A stretch of 64,000 bases of DNA from Alkalispirochaeta sp. (GTDB taxonomy: Bacteria; Spirochaetota; Spirochaetia; DSM-27196; Alkalispirochaetaceae). A model generated the notes under the pieces. That model had not been told where the DNA came from. It searched no databases and saw nothing but the letters and a program-made list of their open reading frames with translations. The DNA lies in NCBI GenBank assembly GCA_965242725.1, contig CBDESZ010000016.1, positions 96,001 to 160,000 of the forward strand, given 5' to 3'. The translations under genes were made by a program, and so were the position numbers. Positions 58,478 to 64,000 of this stretch are shown here, piece by piece; the first letter of the stretch is position 1, and each line of letters begins with the position of its first letter.

Positions 58478-60607
58478 TCATGTGGCCGTCCCCAGTCCGT
58501 GCTGCAGCTCCAGGGAAAGGGTGTCCACAACCCGTCCATTTGGATTGACGAGCGGTGCACCTTCAAGTACCCGTGCTGCCTCCGCCCCTTCTCTCACCGC
58601 GGAGTGAAGATTACGCGGGGCGACAGAGTCGCCCACATTGACGACGGGAATGCCCGCCGCCCGCAGCTGGTCGTACAGCGAGCGGTCGGGAACCATTCGA
58701 CAGCACACAACGGTATCCGCAGGAATCTCCTGTTTCTCAAAACGGTCGTTCATCACCACCACGGCGTTGTCGCGAATCTCGACGATTTCACTCGACTGAA
58801 CCAGCCGCACGGGGTGCTTGAAGGGTTTTGAATCCAGCGCCTCCGCATCGGAGAGGGCAAAGCGCTTACGGAGCACATACATGTGAATGACTTCTATGTT
58901 GCGACCAAACTCGCTCTCCGCGGTGACGATGGTTACGTCCCGTCCCATGCGCGCCAAATGAGCCGCCGTATCCGCGGCGGGATAGTGATCGCCCCAGATC
59001 ACCACCTTTTCCCCCGTCTTATACGGCTTGCGCCCATTTTGGGGATGGTACTCGCAGGAAATCCTGGGGCAGGTAAGAACGCTCTCCATCGATACCACGT
59101 GACTCAGCTCATTCCCCGGAACGTCCGGTTTGGTCGAATGTGCGCCGGTGGCGTTGATGACCATGTCAAAGGAGGAAAGCTCCTCAACGGTGGGCTCATG
59201 ATTGCGCTTCACCGTTACATCCATTTCGCCGATCGTGTCGCGTATCCAATCGGCGTACCAGCGCATCTTCTCTTCCTTCCCTTCCACAAAACAGCAGCCG
59301 AGAATGGCGCCTCCCAGCTCGGCGCTTTTTTCAAAGAGGGTGACCTGGTGACCCCGCAGCGCGGCGATGCGCGCCGCCTCCATGCCGGCGGGTCCGCCGC
59401 CGACAACTGCAAGTTTGATCGCCTCTTTGGCCGGTGCAAGATTGTCGTAGAGGTCGTTTCCACAGCCGGGGTTGATGGAGCACATGATCTCTTTCTTGGC
59501 GAGCATTGAGAGCTGCCAGCACCCTTCCAGACAGGAGATACAACGACGTATCTTTTTCTCCTTGCCGACAAACGCCTTCATGGCCCAGTACGGATCCGCA
59601 AGGATTTGACGGGAAAGACCGACCATGTCGGTTTTGCCCTCCTTCAGGATGCGCTCGCAGTACTCGGGATTCCGCAGGGTGTGGCTGTTGATGACGGGAA
59701 TCCTGACGTGTTTCTTGATCTCTTCAGAATGGAAGACGGTCCACCCCTCGGGGTAGTACATCGGATCAAACCCCGCGGCGGGGCTCTCCTGCACGCACTG
59801 ACTCAAGTCCAGAGCGGCTACACCGGCACGCTCAAACTCCCTGGCTACCTCGACACTCTCTTCCAGGGTCCGTCCCCCGGGAACCCACTCGTCCACGGAG
59901 TAGCGCACGAGAATTGGAAAGCTCTTGCCGCACTTTTTCTGAATGGAAGCGATGATCGCCAGGGGGAAGCGCATTCTGTTCTCAAAGCTGCCGCCGAATC
60001 GGTCGTTCCGCCGATTGATGTAGGGACTCATGAACATTGAAATCAGATATCCGTGGGCGGCGTGAAGTTCAACGCCGTCAAACCCGGCCTGTTTCACCCG
60101 CCACGCGGCTTCGGAGAAGAGGTCCACCATCTCGAGGACCTCGTTCGTCGTCATCGCGCGCGCCTCTTTGCCATGCTCCTCGGCATTCTCGTAGACGATC
60201 TCGTGACCCGCTGACCACGGCAGTTTGAGGACCATGTCGTTTGTGGACATGATGTTGTGGCGGGGTATTGCGCATTGCCGGCCGGGGTGCTGCAGCTGGA
60301 GGACGCATTTCGCGCCGTAACGCTGCATCGACTCCGCCATCCGGGCGAGACCGGGGATATAGTTGTCCCCGTCGGCCACCAGACACGTGACGGTGGGACG
60401 TCCGGACTTGGCGTCCGGAGTGGTCGCCCCGACCACGATGAGCCCCGTGCCGCCCTTGGCGACCTCCGTATGGTGGTGGATGTCCCGCTCACTGACCGAG
60501 CCGTCGGCGTTTGAGGAACTGATATCCGTCGGGACGTGACAGACGCGGTTGGGAACGGTCATGGTACCGATTTCAATGGGTGAAAACAGATGGGGAAACT
60601 TGGTCAC
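58478..60607 (-). CDS. OYE/FadH-like FMN-[4Fe-4S]-FAD oxidoreductase (paralog 1)
   Basis: Same motifs as paralog 2. Confidence 0.92.
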   Translation of the reverse strand: MTKFPHLFSPIEIGTMTVPNRVCHVPTDISSSNADGSVSERDIHHHTEVAKGGTGLIVVGATTPDAKSGRPTVTCLVADGDNYIPGLARMAESMQRYGAKCVLQLQHPGRQCAIPRHNIMSTNDMVLKLPWSAGHEIVYENAEEHGKEARAMTTNEVLEMVDLFSEAAWRVKQAGFDGVELHAAHGYLISMFMSPYINRRNDRFGGSFENRMRFPLAIIASIQKKCGKSFPILVRYSVDEWVPGGRTLEESVEVAREFERAGVAALDLSQCVQESPAAGFDPMYYPEGWTVFHSEEIKKHVRIPVINSHTLRNPEYCERILKEGKTDMVGLSRQILADPYWAMKAFVGKEKKIRRCISCLEGCWQLSMLAKKEIMCSINPGCGNDLYDNLAPAKEAIKLAVVGGGPAGMEAARIAALRGHQVTLFEKSAELGGAILGCCFVEGKEEKMRWYADWIRDTIGEMDVTVKRNHEPTVEELSSFDMVINATGAHSTKPDVPGNELSHVVSMESVLTCPRISCEYHPQNGRKPYKTGEKVVIWGDHYPAADTAAHLARMGRDVTIVTAESEFGRNIEVIHMYVLRKRFALSDAEALDSKPFKHPVRLVQSSEIVEIRDNAVVVMNDRFEKQEIPADTVVCCRMVPDRSLYDQLRAAGIPVVNVGDSVAPRNLHSAVREGAEAARVLEGAPLVNPNGRVVDTLSLELQHGLGTAT

Positions 60608-60688
60608 GAGGCGATCCTTTTCACTTGTTGCGATATGGCGTCGGTCCCGACGGATTGTCCCGCCCGATTCCCCACGCCCATACCTGCG

Positions 60689-61540
60689 CTACAGTGACCG
60701 CAGAAACTCCACGGCCAGCCTGATATCGTCTTCCGGAGAATCACCAACTTCCCGCTCTATGGTGAGGAAGCCGGAGTATCCGATTGTGCGTAAAGCCGAA
60801 AGATAGCGCTCCCAGTCGACGCCGCCCTGACCGAGGGGGACCTCGTCAAAGTACTCGCCGAAATTGAGTCCTTCGATGCCTCCGACGGCAAAGGCTTCGT
60901 ACACTTTGACGGGGTCGCACGGGGCGTAGCGTTTGCCGTCCTTTGCGTGGGTGTGCACGATGTGGTTACCGAGAATGATCGCTTCCTGCGCCGGATCGAG
61001 GCCGAGAACCATGAAAAGATTTGCGGGATCGAAATTGACGGCCATACCGGCGGTGTCGACATCCTGAAGGAACTGCTTCAGACGGGCCGCCGGCTCGGGA
61101 CCCGTTTCGATTGCGAACTGTACACCCCTCGCTTCGGCATACAGACCGATCTCGCGACACGCCTCAACCATTATGGCGTAGGTGTCGCTGGTAACATCTT
61201 CGGGCACGACACCGATATGGGTCGTCACCACGGAGGTGCCCAGATCAACGGCAAGATCAACAATCGCCTTGGAGCGGGGTACTTTGGTGGTGTTTTCTTC
61301 CCGTTGCTGAAAACCGTGGCCACCCAGGTCGCCGCAGAGTGCCGCGATTTCCAGATTCTGACGGGCGCAGAACGCCTTGAAGTCTCTGCGATCGTCGGCG
61401 TTCATTCGCTCCGGGGCGGTGTCACCGTCGACGACCCATACCTGTACGCCGTCGGCACCAACCTCCCGGGCTTTGAGAATTCCTTCCCGCGTACCAACCC
61501 TGAAGGAGTCACTGATCACGCCGACTTTAAAATCCGTCAC
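60689..61540 (-). CDS. Sugar phosphate isomerase/epimerase (AP endonuclease 2 TIM barrel)
   Basis: 'AIETGPE', 'NFDPAN', 'HTHAKDG', 'FLTIERE'. Confidence 0.9.
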   Translation of the reverse strand: MTDFKVGVISDSFRVGTREGILKAREVGADGVQVWVVDGDTAPERMNADDRRDFKAFCARQNLEIAALCGDLGGHGFQQREENTTKVPRSKAIVDLAVDLGTSVVTTHIGVVPEDVTSDTYAIMVEACREIGLYAEARGVQFAIETGPEPAARLKQFLQDVDTAGMAVNFDPANLFMVLGLDPAQEAIILGNHIVHTHAKDGKRYAPCDPVKVYEAFAVGGIEGLNFGEYFDEVPLGQGGVDWERYLSALRTIGYSGFLTIEREVGDSPEDDIRLAVEFLRSL

Positions 61541-61657
61541 AAGGCTCTCCCCGCCCGCGGTCGCATCAACCGGTAACAATCGAGGTAGACGCAAACGATA
61601 AGCTAGTGAAAATTGGACTATTTCAGCGTAGACCCACTTTTATGGGCTGTCAATTAA

Positions 61658-61699
61658 TTTGTTTACTGAAATAACATATTTGTCGCTTGATGGAACAAA
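61658..61699. promoter_or_regulatory. Two abutting ROK-type operators
   Basis: TTTGTT-N9-AACATA then TTTGTC-N9-AACAAA in the divergent intergenic region. Confidence 0.55.
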
Positions 61700-61724
61700 A
61701 TAATTGCTTCATAGTAGAAATAAT

Positions 61725-62969
61725 ATGAATACAGGCGGCGGCGTTTCCAACGGACTGGCGATCATGCAGGTACTCAACCTGATTCGGGTACATGGACCGG
61801 TCACACGGGCGCGACTCGGAGAAATGAGCGGCTATTCCCGCTCCACGATTTCAATAAACAGCGATCGCCTCCTTGAGATGGACCTGATCCGAGAGGAACC
61901 TTCCCAGACGGGCGGACGGAAGTCCAAACGGACACAGCTGCGGGTCAACGGCGAAAAAGGTGTCATCGCCGGCATCGAATTGGGCGCGACGGGCTGTGAA
62001 ATCGGACTCTGCAACCTTGAAGCCGAACTTCTCGGCTACGACTCCTACCCGATAACCATGAAGCGCGGCCCCGGACCCATCATGAAACACATACGGGATA
62101 CCATAGACGCGCTCCTCAGTCGGCCCGAAATCAAGGGGAAACCCCTCCTTGGCATCGGTGTCGGTCTTCCCTGTTCCGTCGATTTCAACAGGGGATTTGC
62201 CGTAAGCAGCTCGTTCATGCCCGGATGGACCGCCTTCCCGGTACGTGACATCCTCCGCGACGCGTATCAGTGTCCCGTATTTGTCGATAACGAAGTGAAT
62301 ACGATGGCCCTTGGTGAGTACTCTCTCGGGACGGATCGCAAGTATAAAAACATGCTCTACGTCAAAGTGGGGACAGGCATCGGCGCGGGCCTGATCATCA
62401 ACGGCGAAATCTATCGCGGAAGTACCGGCGTCGCAGGCAATCTGGGACATGTCTCCATAGACGGCAACGGAACGCCGTGCAAATGCGGTCGGGTCGGCTG
62501 TGTAGAGGCGATAGCCGGCGGGGGCGCCATCGCGGAACAGGCACGAAAAATCGTTGAAAGCGGAGAAGACGGCCTGCTCGCTTCGATATGTGCGGATGCC
62601 GGCCAGGTGACGGCGCAGGAAGTACAGCTCGCGGCGGAAGCGGGGGACCCCCGTTCCATAGAAATAATCCAACAGGCGGGAACCGTCCTTGGAGAAGTAC
62701 TCGGCAGGTTTGTCACCTTCCTCGATCCTTCCGTGGTGATCATCGGAGGCGGATTGGCGGGATTCGGTCCAACATACCTATCCTTTATCAGAGAAGGCAT
62801 CGTGCATCAATCGGAGCCCCGGGTACACGCCAACCTGCCGGTCCTCTTTTCAACCTTCGGGGACAAGGCGGGCATCATCGGCTCGGCGATCCTGTGCACA
62901 AAGGAAATTTTCAGAAGCGGCGAACTTCTCGCCTCCCTGTCTACTGAGGAGACGCCGTCAGACCGGTAA
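61725..62969 (+). CDS. ROK family transcriptional regulator (NagC/XylR-like)
   Basis: N-terminal HTH; 'GTGIGAG', 'AGNLGH', 'CKCGRVGCVE'. Confidence 0.93.
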   Translation: MNTGGGVSNGLAIMQVLNLIRVHGPVTRARLGEMSGYSRSTISINSDRLLEMDLIREEPSQTGGRKSKRTQLRVNGEKGVIAGIELGATGCEIGLCNLEAELLGYDSYPITMKRGPGPIMKHIRDTIDALLSRPEIKGKPLLGIGVGLPCSVDFNRGFAVSSSFMPGWTAFPVRDILRDAYQCPVFVDNEVNTMALGEYSLGTDRKYKNMLYVKVGTGIGAGLIINGEIYRGSTGVAGNLGHVSIDGNGTPCKCGRVGCVEAIAGGGAIAEQARKIVESGEDGLLASICADAGQVTAQEVQLAAEAGDPRSIEIIQQAGTVLGEVLGRFVTFLDPSVVIIGGGLAGFGPTYLSFIREGIVHQSEPRVHANLPVLFSTFGDKAGIIGSAILCTKEIFRSGELLASLSTEETPSDR

Positions 62970-63998
62970 CGGGGAAATCTGATCGATCTGCTTTCGATTA
63001 ATGAGGACAAGCACCATCGCGATCAGCGGAAGCAGACCATACCCGCCGTATAAGACGTTGTAACCGTAGAGATCGACGATTCGGCCTCCAAGAGAGCTGC
63101 CGACAAACCCGGCGAGCCCAAACCCTATGGCAATATACAGGGCGATACCCAGTCCGCGGTGCTCAACCGGCGACCGTCGCCTGATAAAGGCGAGGGCGCT
63201 CGTGTGCAGGGTTCCATAGGTCAGACCATGCAGAATCTGCACAACATAGAGCGGCGCGATCGTCGGCGTAAGAAAGTAGATATACAGACGAACGGTCCCC
63301 GCACCGAGACTCACAAGTAACAACCGCGAAATGTTGAATCGTCTGATCAAATACCCGGAAAAGAAGATAAAGGGAACCTCCGCGAGGGGGCCTATCGCCC
63401 AGAATCCTGAAACCCGGGAAACACCGAATCGCTCCTGCACAAAAAGGGAGAAAAAATAGTAGTGCGAGGCCATCGCCATGATCATCAGAAAGACGATGGC
63501 GATACCCGCCCAAAAGACCGGCGGAAAGGACCTGAGCGCCGCGAGAGTGATTTTCGGCGGCGCCGCATCGATGTGCACCCGTGCTCGAGGCAGGAACTGT
63601 ACAAAGACGGCGTAGGTGACCGCCATCAGTCCGAAGCCGGTAATAATCGACACTAATGAAGAGGCATCGATCCAACCGGTCAACTGGACGACAAGGGCGG
63701 CGGAGAAAAATCCGAGGCTGCCCGCAAGACGCGCCTTGCCGTAATTCTGCTCAAACCCGGGCAGTGTGTGGGATGCGTAGGCGTCAATGAGCGAAAAATG
63801 GCTCTTGTAGAGGAAACCCATCGGTGCGATAAGGAGAAACGCGACCGCAGTCAGTGTGTTGAAGTACTGCAGTACGAACAGGCCGACCACAAGAAGGATG
63901 CTTCCGCTCATAATCCGTCTGAAGTGACCCGTTCTGTCGCCAAGCGCCCCCAGCGCGATGGGACCCAGCACGCCGGCAAGCTCGTACACGCCAAGCAT
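62958..63998 (-). CDS. MFS transporter (MFS_1-like/HcaT-like), 5'-truncated
   Basis: 'YGKARLAGSLGF', 'LAEVPFIFF', 'QILHGLTYG'; runs off window end. Confidence 0.85.
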   Translation of the reverse strand: MLGVYELAGVLGPIALGALGDRTGHFRRIMSGSILLVVGLFVLQYFNTLTAVAFLLIAPMGFLYKSHFSLIDAYASHTLPGFEQNYGKARLAGSLGFFSAALVVQLTGWIDASSLVSIITGFGLMAVTYAVFVQFLPRARVHIDAAPPKITLAALRSFPPVFWAGIAIVFLMIMAMASHYYFFSLFVQERFGVSRVSGFWAIGPLAEVPFIFFSGYLIRRFNISRLLLVSLGAGTVRLYIYFLTPTIAPLYVVQILHGLTYGTLHTSALAFIRRRSPVEHRGLGIALYIAIGFGLAGFVGSSLGGRIVDLYGYNVLYGGYGLLPLIAMVLVLINRKQIDQISPLPV

Positions 63999-64000
63999 CA

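Noticed and set aside
56335..60607. Bilirubin reductase BilR, or an assembly duplication
   Set aside because: Active site is HAAHGY, not the HGDR motif; the two copies are well diverged at DNA and protein level
1..64000. tRNA/rRNA, transposase, integrase, prophage, defence genes, selenocysteine read-through
   Set aside because: None recognised by eye; genes end at family-typical lengths. tRNAscan/Rfam/ISfinder searches would be needed to exclude them formally

Overview
GC-rich bacterial chromosomal window, probably Spirochaetia (inferred from solute-binding protein N-termini such as LFASGRSES, LFGAGQGEA, VFAAGSVET). About 55 CDS; no rRNA, tRNA, CRISPR array or transposase was recognised. In order: small regulators (XRE/DUF2178, MarR, ECF sigma); a doubly frameshifted LysR gene facing an atypical stand-alone GAPDH; a 7-gene MoxR/vWA operon; a POTRA-less Omp85-like barrel; a LacI-controlled NitT/TauT ABC + amidohydrolase unit; TRAP + PMI-like cupin; hybrid kinase/response regulator/adenylate cyclase; a type III PKS + two methyltransferases + FAD monooxygenase cluster (candidate non-isoprenoid alkylquinone pathway); a complete siaABCD module; and a ~15 kb ROK-controlled catabolic operon with two tandem OYE/Fe-S flavoenzymes whose NAD(P)H-binding motif is replaced, a probable pseudo-Gfo/Idh/MocA subunit, two TIM-barrel isomerases and a PIG-L deacetylase. 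All calls come from reading motifs by eye; no searches were run and start codons are my best estimates.
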